Origin: Bugula neritina
Lineage: Eukaryota > Animalia > Bryozoa
Length of the DNA: 64,000 nt
NCBI GenBank assembly: GCA_964035545.1
Contig: OZ037769.1
Coordinates: forward strand, 16,336,633-16,400,632
Reading direction: 5' to 3'
The notes under the pieces were generated by a model. That model was not told the origin of the DNA and searched no databases. It was given only the letters and a program-made list of their open reading frames with translations. Below, piece by piece: positions 13,667-28,200 of this stretch. Position numbers and translations under genes: made by a program. Positions within the stretch are counted from its first letter, which is position 1. Every line of letters begins with the position of its first letter.

Positions 13667-15185
13667 TCAGTCTATTTGGTAGAACAGTACTTTATGTTCA
13701 TCATATCTCGGGACTATCAGAGTATTTCCTGTCACGTGCAGATCAAATACATCAGAGTCTGTTCTTATAGCAGCATCTGAGATCTCTGTCAGCAGTTTAC
13801 CTGAATATATGAATATATAATGTATATTAGTAAGTATATATTGTAGATTAGTAAGTATATAATGTAGATTAGTAAGTATATATTGTAGATTAGTAAGTAT
13901 ATAATATAGATTAGTAAGTATATAGTGTAGATTAGTAAGTATATAATGTAGATTAGTAAGTATATAGTATAGATTAGTAAGTACATAATATAGATTAGTA
14001 CATATATAATATAGATTAGTAAGTATATAATGCAGATTAGTAAACTTGTATATAATGTAGATTAGTAAGTATATAATATAGATTAGTAAGTATATAATGT
14101 AGATTAGTAAGTATGTAATATAGATTAGTAAGTATACAATATAGATTAGTAAGTATATAATGTAGATTACTAAGTATATAATATAGATTAGTAAGTATAC
14201 AATATAGATTAGTAAGTATGTAATGTAGATTAGTAAGTATATAATGTAGATTAGTAAGTATATAATGTAGATTAGTAAACTTGTATATAATGTAGATTAG
14301 TAAGTATATAATATAGATTAGTAAGTATATAGTGTAGATTAGTAAGTATATAATGTAGATTAGTAAACTTGTATATAATATCGATTAGTATGTATATAAT
14401 GTAGATTAGTAAGTATATAGTGTAGATTAGTAAGTATATAATATAGATTAGTAAGTATATAATCTAACCTGTATTCACATCCAGTATCCAGACTCTGGTG
14501 GTATTACTGTGGTTAGTAACAAACACTCTCCCTCCATGGTATGTAACACTCCCAGGGTTGGGTACATCTTGTGATGTCCATTCAACTTCTCCACTTGGAA
14601 TATTCACTTTAAACACTTTAGAAGTTCGATAATGAGACACAACAACAGAGAGATTGTCTACGGCACACATTGATACATGGCTAGGACTGAGTAGAGGACA
14701 CTGAATGTGTATAATTACCTCCCCTGTAAGAGAGTATACTGTTAGTCTCATGTTCTGTCTGTCTGGTATAACAACCCGGTCACTAACAACTGCTAGTTTG
14801 TTGAAATACTCATTCCAGTGATCAGTATGATTCCAGGTGGTGATGAGTTTCCCTGTCAGATCATGTACTGTGACTCTGTAAGGGTTACCATATACTAAAG
14901 TATACAGTCTGTCCTTGTATACAGCTACACTGAGTACAGGTTTACCTACTCCTACAAACTTCCTACTGAGTTGGTTATTCTCATCTATTATATCTACTCT
15001 ACCACTCAATGACCCAACATAAGTATTTCCCTGATAACTACAGACTGAAGTACAGCCAAACACAGGAACTGTATGCAGGAGAGACAACTGTGTAGGTAGA
15101 GTATCAGGAGTTGTCAGTTCATGTTCCAAGTCTATTGACACTTTTTTTGAGGTGACAACTTCTACTTCAACTTCTCTCCTCTCAC
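13667..15185 (-). pseudogene. TRIM-NHL-like gene copy 1, only the last two exons (beta-propeller); 5' part replaced by hAT element
   Basis: Exons 14469-15185 (717 nt, open) and 13667-13800 (134 nt, ends YQID*) are homologous to 32896-33612 and 34080-34213. The upstream intron stops abruptly at the hAT TIR (15334), and no RING/B-box exons are found upstream. Confidence 0.85.
13801..14468 (-). repeat. Last TRIM intron made of a 21-bp minisatellite (TATATACTTACTAATCTACAT)
   Basis: Tandem units run from the GT donor to just before the AG acceptor. Confidence 0.95.
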
Positions 15186-15333
15186 CTACAATGAAGAAAA
15201 GGTTTTCATCAGCAAATGCTATAGCCATTGAATTGTTTAATATCATTGTTTTTCATGTTTAATATAATTTACTTCCACAAACACAATTAGCACCAGCCCC
15301 ATTCAAACTGACTCTGAAAACAACAGTTTTACA

Positions 15334-17092
15334 CAGGGATGTAGTGGTACCCATACGGTCCCATACGCCGTATGGCCTAGAAGAAAATAGGCTGTTCTTG
15401 GCCATACGCCCGTATGGGCATATTTTTGAAAGATGATTAGTGCATAGGATAGTTAGGGCATCCTCACTGAGAATATTATCATAAATTTCGCTCACAATCT
15501 AGTTTAGGCTCTTGTTATGTTAATGCTATGTGGGTGGCATGCGTGTTGCCTACTTGTGATTGCTTAGCCTGAGATTACACTGTGAATAATAAGCAGCGAT
15601 CAACATTCCATCTTCTCATCTCTCCATGTCCATTGAAGCGCGAAGTGCTGTGCATTGGTGATTACTAAGGAAAAATTTTTCATTTTCAGTGTATAAATCA
15701 CTAATTTGTAGAAAATCTATGAAGGCTATTGAAAAGATAAAAAAGTGCTATGCATAAATTTCTCAGGTTTCCGACAGTGTTTGTTCTATTCGAATACCAT
15801 GCTTTCCTGCTGAGATATTTGGCAGGGATTGAAAAATAAACTTTTCAAGTAAAATTGGCTAAAAATGAGTAGACTTTTCTCTATAACTTTGCAATAAAAA
15901 AATTGAAAACTCGAAAATGCAGGTGCTCTGAGGAAGATCTAAAACATAGTTTTTAAATTTTAATTCTAGCACAATTAAGTATACGGTTTTATTTGGCAGG
16001 ACTGAATTTTTATAATATACTAATAATGTGGCCTCAGCAAGGCAGTGACAGCTAGAAAGTTGCCCTTAGCTATCTTGTGTGGACTTGCATTTTGTCAATA
16101 AGCAATGAAATTTGGAAAAAAACCAACATGAAATCCAGAAATAAAATCAAAATGTCTTCAGGAAGCAGTACCAGGTGTGTAGGAGAGGTTATTGAAAATT
16201 TATCACTGAGGTCTACAGGTACTATATCCACATTTTGGTCAAAAACCTAGCAGCGTTATTGCATGTTCATGTTAATGATTTTTTTTGCAAACTGTACACC
16301 GCCATAAATAAACTTTTATGTTTGGTTGTACTAACGTCTGGCTTTACATTTAATCATCTTCTAGAATCTAGGCTAACACATATTAAACCTGTCAAATTTG
16401 TTCTTTTGGGGTATATTTCTTTGATGTGTCTAGTGGAAGCTCAGGGGTTTTACTTTAAAACCAAGTTAACATACTCTTCTTTGGTGTGTTTTATTGTGTG
16501 CAAGGAGGTGTGGTGGTATCTCCTTATGGATTAGACTAGTGTTCTAATAAACTCCAAATAGGTTTTCTACCAATTTCTGCTTGCCAATGAGATATCAATT
16601 CAAATTGCTTTTTCTGATTTGCAATCTTCCTCTGTTCTGATATATAATTCTTTTTCTGTCCACGTCAGTGTATTAAATATTTGAAGTAATCAGGTTGCAT
16701 TTGGAGAGCACTTGTTACCTGCCTCTATCCTTCCATCTTTTTGAGATCTTCAGCAATATTTCTGTACAGGTTGGACTTAGTGTCAGTTGAGTAAGACTAC
16801 ATTTAAAATTACAGTCAACAGGTATGGCACAATACTGAATATTTATATAGTTTGCAGCAATGCACAGACGTCGTGTAGCTGGTATGGCATGAAAATAATA
16901 GCAAGGTGCACATTTTAACACAGATTTTTTTCAGAAGAATTATAATTCACAATGGCTTTGAATTGCATAAATTTGCATCAGAAGGGCTTCGGCGGCCGGG
17001 GCGCTGCCCCGGACCCCGCCGGGGGCCTAGGCGGCCCCCTGAACCCCCGGCCTGGGAGTATGGCCAAGAATATTTTTGCTACTACATCCCTG
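15334..17092 (+). mobile_element. Non-autonomous hAT-like DNA transposon, copy 1 (no TSD)
   Basis: TIR CAGGGATGTAGTGG (one mismatch on the right); 1759 bp; near-identical to 45185-46944 and 57849-59609; flanks gttttaca / gactagat do not match. Confidence 0.88.
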
Positions 17093-18151
17093 GACTAGAT
17101 ACTTGGCAGCAGCAGAATGTGTAAACAGCCATTACTGTGCAGTTAGTAATGCTGTTATAGCAGCCCATATAATAGCATGCGTGCATTACACTGGTTGCCA
17201 GTATACAGTTTATGTTATAGTTTACACTCATCTGTCTGGGTTACAAATAAATAACACTACATTAGTATATATATACATTGTATCGAGTAGCCACTATATT
17301 GGTAGTATACATGCTCTGTAACTTGTAAGTATACACTCTAGTTTTATACCTCTATATATACAAATCATTATGTATTAATAATAAATTACTGTTACCTCGG
17401 TTTTTACTTTTGAATACTTTCTACTCTTCAACAGATATAATAGTCACAATGCCTTATTAATAGTAATTCATTATTTAGCCTAAACTACAGTAACCAAAAA
17501 AGCATACAACTTTTATTAGGAATTAGAATGCTAGATAATACTCACTAAAATTTTGATTTTTTCAAATTTTGGCCACACAGCTATAAAAAATTTCTGATTT
17601 TTTAATATTATATTTAACCATAAAATAACAATGTCTTTTTCAATCTAGAACTATGCAAACACAATTATTTTGTTATGCATTTTTATATATTTCAATTCAG
17701 CATCTATTTAACATAGACTACAATATATTATATTATTATATATTATATTATATATATACCTGCAACATAGAACTATGTAGTATGACAATGTTATGCAATA
17801 TTTACAGTCTTATAACCATAAAATGGTATTTATCACTACAGTTTTTATAATTTCTCAGGAAAAAGAATTGATTGAGTTTAGGAAAAAGAGAAGTAAAACT
17901 CACAGCCTCGGACTGAGTGGCCAGGTAAAGAGGAAAAAATTTTTTTTTACCATCACAGCTCATACCACGGGGATCCTGTCTAGAAAAGTAGGAGAGGCTA
18001 CAACAGGAAGTACTTCAGCAGACATATTGGCAGTTGATGAAACGTCAACCAGCAACTCTAGTATTGATGTCTGCTGTGCTTCGAATGATGCCTCAGGTGG
18101 GGCCTTAAAGTATGACTACGTATACACCTACAGGATGTGAGCATGAACATG

Positions 18152-18527
18152 CATGTATACGCCACTGGTATACAGGGGGTGAATGTGACCAACTATACGC
18201 CACTGATATACAAGGGGTGAATATGACCATCTACACACCACTGGTATGCAGGGGGTGGATGTGACCATCTATATCCACCACTGGTATACAGGGGGCGAAT
18301 GTGACCATCTATACACCACTGGTATACAGGGGGCGAATATGACCCTCTATACACCACTGGTATACAGGGGGCGAATATGACCCTCTATACACCACTGGTA
18401 TACAGGGGGGGTGAGTATGACCATCTATACACCACTGGTATACAGGGGGTGAATATAACCATGTATACACCACTGGTATACAGGGGGTGAATATAACCAT
18501 GTATACACCACTGGTATACAGGGGGGT
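18152..18527. repeat. 38-bp minisatellite (CCACTGGTATACAGGGGGTGAATATGACCATCTATACA), about 10 copies
   Basis: Direct tandem units with period 38 and no spacers. Confidence 0.93.
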
Positions 18528-18832
18528 CAGTCTTCAAAGTTTGAACTTCTAAGCCAGCTCAGTTTTCAAGATGTATTTTGCAGCAAATAAAATAGTATGC
18601 ACTTAAAGTTAGCCACAATTAGTATAAGTTTTATGATAGAGAACAGAAACACCAAATTAATTTAGTACATACAAACTTACCTATAAGTGAAGAAAACTCC
18701 TTTATAACACAAAATTATCTAAACATATGAAATCCTAAAACAGTCAGTAGATGATTGCTAAGATATATATGAATATTTTATTACTGCATTAGTGAGGTGT
18801 GTCAAGGATTTTTAAATGTCACTGCACATAAT

Positions 18833-21800
18833 ATAATTATATACTATTATATTATTATATATACTATTATATTATTATATATACTATTATATTATTATAT
18901 ATACTATTATATTATTATATATACTATTATATTATTATATATACTATTATATTATTATATATACTATTATATTATTATATATACTATTATATTATTATAT
19001 ATACTATTATATTATTATATATACTATTATATTATTATATATACTATTATATTATTATATATACTATTATATTATTATATATACTATTATACTATTATCT
19101 ATACTATTATATTATTATATATACTATTATATTATTATATATACTATTATACTATTATATATACTATTATATTATTATATATACTATTATATTATTATAT
19201 ATGCTATTATATTATTATATATACTATTATATTATTATATATACTATTATATTATTATATATACTATTATATTATTATATATACTATTATATTATTATAT
19301 ATACTATTATATTGTTATATATACTATTATATTATTATATATACTATTATATTATTATATATACTATTATATTATTATTATATATACTAATATATTATTA
19401 TATATACTATTATATTATTATATATACTATTATACTATTATATATACTATTATACTATTATCTATACTATTATATTATTATATATACTATTATACTATTA
19501 TATTATTATAAATACTATTATATTATTATATATACTATTATATTATTATATATACTATTATATTATTATATATACTATTATACTATTATATATACTATTA
19601 TACTATTATCTATACTATTATATTATTATATATACTATTATATTATTATATATACTATTATATTATTATATATACTATTATATTATTATATATACTATTA
19701 TATTATTATATATACTATTATATTATTATATATACTATTATACTATTATCTATACTATTATATTATTATCTATACTATTATATTATTATATATACTATTA
19801 TATTATTATATATACTATTATATTATTATAAATACTATTATATTATTATATATACTATTATATTATTATATATACTATTATATTATTATATATACTATTA
19901 TATTATTATATATACTATTATATTATTATATATACTATTATATTATTATATATACTATTATATTGTTATATATACTATTATATTATTATATATACTATTA
20001 TATTATTATATATACTATTATATTATTATTATATATACTAATATATTATTATATATACTATTATATTATTATATATACTATTATACTATTATATATACTA
20101 TTATACTATTATCTATACTATTATATTATTATATATACTATTATACTATTATATTATTATAAATACTATTATATTATTATATATACTATTATATTATTAT
20201 ATATACTATTATATTATTATATATACTATTATACTATTATATATACTATTATACTATTATCTATACTATTATATTATTATATATACTATTATACTATTAT
20301 ATTATTATAAATACTATTATATTATTATATATACTATTATATTATTATATATACTATTATATTATTATATATACTATTATATTATTATATATACTATTAT
20401 ATTATTATATATACTATTATATTATTATATATACTATTATATTATTATATATACTATTATATTATTATATATACTATTATACTATTATCTATACTATTAT
20501 ATTATTATATATACTATTATATTATTATATATACTATTATATTATTATATATACTATTATATTATTATATATACTATTATATTATTATATATACTATTAT
20601 ATTATTATATATACTATTATATTATTATATATACTATTATATTATTATATATACTATTACATTATTATATATACTATTACATTGTTATATCACTATTATA
20701 TTATTATATATACTATTATACTATTATCTATACTATTATATTATTATATATACTATTATATTATTATATATACTATTATATTATTATATATACTATTATA
20801 TTATTATATATACTATTATACTATTATCTATACTATTATATTATTATATATACTATTATATTATTATATATACTATTATATTATTATATATACTATTATA
20901 TTATTATATATACTATTATATTATTATATATACTATTATATTATTATATATACTATTATATTATTATATATACTATTATATTATTATATATACTATTATA
21001 TTATTATATATACTATTATATTATTATATATACTATTATATTATTATAATATACTATTATATTATTATATATACTATTATATTATTATATATACTATTAT
21101 ATTATTATATATACTATTATATTATTATATATACTATTATATTATTATATATACTATTATATTATTATAATATACTATTATATTATTATATATACTATTA
21201 TATTATTATCTATACTATTATATTATTATATATACTATTATACTATTATATATACTATTATATTATTATATATACTATTATATTATTATATATACTATTA
21301 TATTATTATATATACTATTATATTGTTATATATACTATTATATTATTATATATACTATTATATTATTATATATACTATTATATTATTATATATACTATTA
21401 TATTATTATATATACTATTATATTATTATAATATACTATTATATTATTATATATACTATTATATTATTATCTATACTATTATATTATTATATATACTATT
21501 ATATTATTATATATACTATTATATTATTATATATACTATTATATTATTATATATACTATTATATTATTATATATACTATTATATTATTATATATACTATT
21601 ATACTATTATCTATACTATTATATTATTATATATACTATTATACTATTATATTATTATAATATACTATTATATTATTATATATACTATTATATTATTATA
21701 TATACTATTATATTATTATATATACTATTATATTATTATATATACTATTATACTATTATATATACTATTATATTATTATATATACTATTATATTATTATC

Positions 21801-21890
21801 TATACTATTATATTATTATATATACTATTATATTATTATATATACTATTATATTATTATATATACTATTATATTATTATATGCTATTATA
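18833..21890. repeat. 3-kb 20-bp AT-rich satellite (ATACTATTATATTATTATAT)n
   Basis: About 150 near-perfect units; source of the Y/I/L-only ORFs. Confidence 0.98.
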
Positions 21891-22461
21891 TTCATTAGAA
21901 ACATTCAAACCATAATATACTTATATAAAGAGGGAGTAAACTTTTGAAGATATCACACACTGTAAGGGAGATAAATCTTAATTTGTCATCTTTTTCTGTT
22001 GTAGCTGGCAGAGAAGTTTGTTATATACGAAGGATCAATAAGTAAAGAGGGGCTCACCATATCACCTCCCACTGAAGATGACAAGCATTCGTAGTTCTGT
22101 GGCTACATAATAGCTATTGTTATTTATATCTCGTTTTAACTTATAAGCATTCAGTTGACAAAAATCTAGCCAATAGCCAATTAGATAACAAATATTATTG
22201 ATTCCAGGTGCTAAACTATGATAATCACCTTTAATTGATCAAAATGTCTTTAAATTTAAACACATTCCTTGAAATGGTTCTGTTTTGGATTATTTTGGTT
22301 GTATTTTCTTTTTTAATTTTTCAGCTTTGTAAACTCTATGCAAACAATTGTATATCTTTATAGCCTTAGATTTAGTTTTAGAGTCATGTATAATTTGACG
22401 GGGTGTGGTGACCGTACCCTCTTGTTTATCTAGTGGACTGGATTACCTGTGCTATTTATTA

Positions 22462-22525
22462 CCCCTCTCCACCCCTTCCCTCTCCACCCCTTCCCTCTCC
22501 ACCCCTTCCTCTCCACCCCTCTCCA
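22462..22525. repeat. Polypyrimidine 15-bp repeat (CCCTCTCCACCCCTT) x4; potential G4/triplex on the minus strand
   Basis: Seen directly; lies at the left edge of the block duplicated at 41145 onward. Confidence 0.8.
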
Positions 22526-24049
22526 ACATATTAATTGATAAGATTACAATATTCCTATATTCACTACATGCAGATGTTATTAGTTGTACTAGTAGTTGCA
22601 TATACAGCTTAGTAATAATATTCTAATCTATTAAATATTCCACATCTTGCCACGTGCTCTATATTTCTACACATAATATAATATTGCTGTATATATAATG
22701 TTGTTGGATGATACAATTAGCTAAGATGAAAAATTCTTATGTGCATTTTGTCAGTGTAGGTGTGAACTGCACATGCTCCATAGAGAAATAGAAATACTGA
22801 GTATAACATACTGAAAACCACTCTGCTGTACAGTTATAATGTTGCTGTTAATTTTGTTATTGATAAGCAGATTTGATGACACATAAATATATTATGATAT
22901 ATCCGTGTTCTTAGCATATTTCTAATTGTCAAAACTCTGGTATAAAATCACAATAATAAGCTAGCATTGGAAATTAAGGAATAAGTATATCATTGGAAGT
23001 TATAGCTAGATTGCCATGAGCAGCATAGCATTTTATTGCATGCAAAACAAAGTATATTTGTAGAGCTGTGTTCAACTCACATGCAGTTACTATTGTTTGA
23101 GGCCGTCCATTATTCCGGAATACAATAATGTTATTATGATTATTAGCTACGGCGTTGCATGCATTTTAGCTAATCGTTGTTGTTGCTAACGGGTTCAATA
23201 CATTCGGGGGTTCCCCTTTCAATAATATTATTGTGTTCCTACGCACCCATGTAAGTAGTTAGGTGTACTGCGCGTTCCCGTTTACGTCGGCTCGGTTTAC
23301 TTTTAGATTTATAGTATTAGTATTACAATTATTTTATTAATATTATCTTTACTGTATAGACTTAGTTTTTTTATTATTACAAAACTTAGTATATGCCTAT
23401 CACCAGTAACATTTTACCATTGTGTGACTGAATGGGTATGTAATACTAATAATAAATCGCGTTGAGTTTGTCTGTCAAAGTGAAACTGAAAGTGAATGTC
23501 AAACGCAATGCAACATTAGTAATTAACTATTATTAGTATAAATATTAATATCAACTGTATCAGTACGGATATCAGCATGAATTTGAGTGTCTAATTCTAT
23601 GACTCAAAGTATCACGATGCCTGTTACTATAACTATTACTATTAGTATTAATAGATCACGCAGTGATAATCTTATTTTGTCAATGAGCTCTGATCGTTTA
23701 TGCATTTTGTAGTATTGTAGTGAGGACGTAATACGCGCGTCCCCCAAACCCCTTCAGCCTATCCGAGTGCGTCACGTGATAACCCTCAGCGAGTAGTAGT
23801 TTATCAGTAGAGAGAGCGTACTAACTAAGTGAAGATGTAGTTTTAATCTGCGTACTTTTTGTATCTTGCCATATACTTAGTAGCGAATAAACTTTGTAAA
23901 CTCTTACTTAAATACTTTATTGATGTGGATAAATAGACTATAATTACAAGCTAGGAACCCACGCATAGTAATTACACAAATTACTACAGTGGTGGCAGCG
24001 GTGGGATCTCTAGCTACTATATAAGGACAATGAGAAGTATTAGAACATC

Positions 24050-25267
24050 ATGGACGAGAGTGTAACTTCAATGGAATAAGGTGAGCGAAACATTATTATA
24101 GGCCCTCTCGGAGCTGGAGAGGAGGTATATAGGAATACATTGGAAGTTCCCGTGTTCACGGGCCTCGAGGATGTCGAACAGTTTATCCAAGAGTTCCGTG
24201 AAGTTGCAGCCATTACAAGATGGCCGCCAAGAGTAACTCTTACGAAACTGCGGATGGCACTGACGGAAGAAGCCAAGCCGTACGGGTGGAAGCCTAGCGT
24301 AAACGGGATCATTGCTACACTACGGGCCCGTTTTGGCATGTCCGTTGCCGTCGCCAAGTCCAGGCTGCGAGGATTACTCCGCAAGACATGTACACCGCTT
24401 CCTGACCACGCCACTCTGGTGCAGAGACTGGCACGGACCGCGTATAGCGATCTGCCAGAAACACACAGACGGCACTATACATTCGAAGCTTTTGTGCAGT
24501 CCCTCAACTCTTTGGACTTCCACCACCAGTTACAAGCCAAGGGAGTAACCACGATCGAGGCTGCAATCCAAGAGAACAAGGCCTACGCTGGAGCCGAGCG
24601 ACTCTATAAGACGGAAGAGGCCACTCCCCGGACCTCTAGGGAACCAGACCATCCGGTCCGCATAGCTGCCGCGACCATTAAACCCCCCATAGAGATGGAG
24701 ATAGGCCGCTTGATGACTAAACTGGGACAATTGGTGGCGACGATAACATACAACCACTCGAGGAAAAGTAAGAGGCCGGCCACAAAGCCCCCCAGACCTA
24801 TGATGCAACGCAGGGAAAGCGGCAACCAGGGGCACCGCCGCCCAAGCGGCCCACGATTCAAACGGCAGCAGAAACCACAACCTCCCCGGAGACCTCCAGA
24901 GCTCCGCGGGCCCAAACCGAGAGGAAAACGGGGTGGATGTCGCCAGGAGCCCGTACGGGCCCAGCGGCACGCCCCCCGTCAATGGCAAACACCCCGCCGA
25001 AACCAGCCAACCGGGTCGACCACGAGACCCCTTCTCTCTTCCTCTCACCAACCGCTTCGGTCCGTTACCAGTAATGGAGCAGACCAGCGAGGCCCCTCAG
25101 GGCATCGGGGAGGATCAAAACACCCCCCCGCAAGGAAACTCTCACCGGCCCCGCAAACCGCGGAACAAACGGGCACAGCCCCGTTCGGCCGAGACCGAGC
25201 ACGCTGGGGGAGTACGGGTACAACCTCACGGAGGCAGCTACTTCTTGCCAGGGAAGGTGGCCGGTAA
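24050..25267 (+). CDS. gag: Gypsy Gag of element 1 (in-frame TAA at codon 10; zinc knuckle degenerate)
   Basis: ATG at 24050 is in frame with ORF 24140-25267; VPVFTG..EQFIQEF..W capsid-like region is homologous to the Gag of elements 2 and 3; TAA at 24077-79. Confidence 0.8.
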
Positions 25268-28200
25268 AGCTGTCACCTTCCTGTTAGACTCCGGGTGTAC
25301 CACTAATCTCCTCAGCCGTCGGGTCTTCGACACCCTCCCTCTCAAGGAGAGGGGAGCCTTAGCTCCCTGTACCGGGGAACCGGGCACCCTAGCTGACGGG
25401 TCACGGATTCCTTTCTACGGTATCATAGAATTGACTGGGCGCGTCCGCGACCAGGCCATTCAGGAAACCTTCGTCATTAGCCCACTTGAGGAAGATGCCA
25501 TACTGGGGATGCCGTTCTTGAAGAGACACGGGTGCCATATCGACTTTAGCAAGTCAGCCATGCTAATGGGCGGCAAAGAGCTCACCTGTGTCGACAAGTT
25601 CGGTCGTCCCCTAGCGGGAGGTGTGCAGGTAGTACGGAACTGTACTATACCCGGCCGCTCCCGGGCTACCGTTCACTGCAGAGTGAACAATAGCCAACTC
25701 TCGGGGTTAGGGGTTGTCGAAGGTGCGCACACTAGAATCCAACTCGCCAGCAGTCTTAACCGGCTGACTGACCGAGGAGAGATCTTGGTGCAGTGTGTCA
25801 ACCCCTTCTCCGAAGCGGTACAATTACCGTCAGGATCCATGCTGGGTCGCTTCCACTCCATCCAGGAGGAGGATATAGGGCCGTCGCTGGGAGCTGCGAC
25901 GGAAGGTCCCCAACAGAGCCCGTCAGTTAGGCGGGGGACCGTCCCACCACACGTCAAAGAGCTATACCAGGCAGCGTGTGACGGCTGCACGGGCAACGTG
26001 GAACGCCAGACCATGGCTCAGTTGCTACGTGATTATAGCGACGTGTTCAGCAGCGGGGACCATGACGTCGGCCTGACCACGGCCGTCCGGCATGAGATAC
26101 CGCTAGCTGCAGGGACTACCCCTATTCGACAGCCCACTAGGAGGCTGGGACCCGAGAAGGAAAAGGAGGTCAGCCAACAAGTCCGGGATCTTTTGGACCG
26201 CGGCCTCATCGAGCCAGCACATAGTGCGTGGAGTTCGCCGGTCGTTCTGGTCCGAAAGAAAGACGGCAGTTGGCGGTTCTGTGTGGATTATCGCAAGCTC
26301 AATAGCGTGACCATACAGGACGCCTACCCCTTACCCAGGATCGACAAATCTCTGGACGCCTTAGCCGGCAGCAAGTACTTCAGTACGCTAGACTTGTTGA
26401 GCGGCTATTGGCAGGTCCCCCTCAGCCCAGACGCCCAGGAGAAGGCGGCGTTCATCACGCGGGACGGCTTATGGAAGTGGAAGGTCCTCCCCTTCGGACT
26501 GACTTCTGCCCCCGCCACGTTCCAGCGGCTCATGGAACAGGTCCTCAGTGGACTCCACTGGAAGACACTGCTAGTATACCTCGACGACGTCATCGTGATC
26601 TCCCCAGACTTCCAGACACACGTCAGCCGTCTGCGGGAGGTCTTCGATCGACTCCGAGGCGCCAATCTGAAGCTCAAACCCTCCAAGTGCGCTCTCTTGC
26701 AGCCAGAGGTGAAGTACCTGGGGCACGTCGTCGGCCGACACGGTGTGGCGACGGATCCTGAAAAGGTACGAGCTATAGAAGATTGGGTAACCCCTCAGGA
26801 TTTGACCGGACTACGGGCTTTCCTGGGGCTGGTAGGGTATTACAGGCAATACATACCAGACTTAGCGGGGGTAGCGCAGCCATTAAACCGGCTCACCGCA
26901 AAGGGGGTGACCTGGCAGTGGACTCCCGTCGAACAGAGAGCGTTCGACTGCCTCAAGGGCCGCCTGCTGGAGGCCCCTATCCTGGCCTATCCAGACCCTG
27001 CCCTGGAGTACATCCTCGATACTGACGCCAGTGACCAAAATGTCGGCGCTGTGCTGTCCCAGGTGCAGGAGGGCCGCGAAGTAGTCGTGGCCTACTACAG
27101 TAAGTCTCTCTCGCCCACTGAACGAAATTACTGCACTACCCGAAAGGAACTGCTGGCAGTAATCAAGTCGGTGAAGCATTTCAGACCTTATCTATACGGC
27201 AGGAAGTTCCGCTTGCGGACCGACCACGCCTCCTTGATTTGGTTATGCAAGAGAGCAGAACCGTCCAGCCAAGTCGCCCGATGGCTCGAGGTCCTGGCCG
27301 AGTTCTCTTACCGGATCGAGCACCGACCCGGTAGGAAACACGGCAATGCTGATGGACTGAGCCGGCGACCGGACGAAGGGTGTAAACAGTGCCTCAACAT
27401 CGAGAAGAGGGATGGAGGTCCTCCAAAATCCGAGTTGAGAGCACTGAACCACTCTGAAACGGAGTATGACTGGAACCAGGGTCAACTCCTACAGAAGGCC
27501 GCTACGCCCCCGGAGGCTATCCAACGCCTCCGTGCCAATCCTGTCTTGGCTGATAACGTTAGGGAGCTACGAAGACTCCAGGAGGACCTCCCTGGAGTGG
27601 TAGCCGACGTATATCGTGCCAAAAAGGAGGGGCGACGACCCAGTGAAGAACAACTGCGACAGGGATGCACCGAGTTACGGTCGTACTGTCAACGTTGGGA
27701 CTCCCTGCGGATCGGGCCAGATGGTCTGCTGACCATCACAGTGGCCGCTCACAACAACCAGTACGGCAGGAAGAGGGTGATCTGCCCAGCCGCCATACGC
27801 CGTGAGTTAGTATGGGACACCCACAAACAGGCCCACGCCGGGGTAAGCAGGGTGCTCTCCAAGTTACAACTCCGGTGGTACTGGCCCGGCATGGAGCGTG
27901 AGGTGCGGCGTAGAGTCAAACAATGCGAAATCTGCCAGGCCAGCAAGCATGGCCGTCTCCCTGGCGAAGCGGGACGGCGTAGGCTATATGCTGGGAGGCC
28001 ATGGCAGGTGGTAGCTATCGACCTAGTCGGACCCATGCCCGTCACCCCCAGAGGAAACAGTTGGATCCTAGTATTAACCGACCACTTTACACGGTGGGCG
28101 GACGCCCTGGCTATTCCAGATGCGTCCGCCCCCACGGTGGCCAGGGTGCTAGACCAAAATGTATTCTGCTATCTTGGACTACCTGAGCAAATACATTCGG

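Larger units (their letters stand above)
9943..14468. repeat. Segmental duplication (TRIM 3' flank, satellites, last exon), direct copy at 59610-64000
   Basis: gt(g/a)tctactataaatagc... is colinear with 59610 onward through the SINE, poly-C, 20-mer satellite, last TRIM exon and 21-mer intron. Confidence 0.92.

Noticed and set aside
15259-17124. Short ORFs repeated three times (MSEIYD.., MVKNLA.., MLKCAP..) as a conserved operon or transposase
   Set aside because: Identity reflects recent transposon copying. There is no DDE or BED motif; only a faint stop-interrupted PNAT*LLQIFNTL resemblance to a hAT C-terminus, too weak to call.
18152-18527. CRISPR-like 38-bp periodicity
   Set aside because: Units are contiguous with no unique spacers, there are no cas genes, and the context is eukaryotic.
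18797-21898. Long Y/I/L-rich ORFs (up to 369 aa)
   Set aside because: Translations of a stop-free 20-bp satellite.
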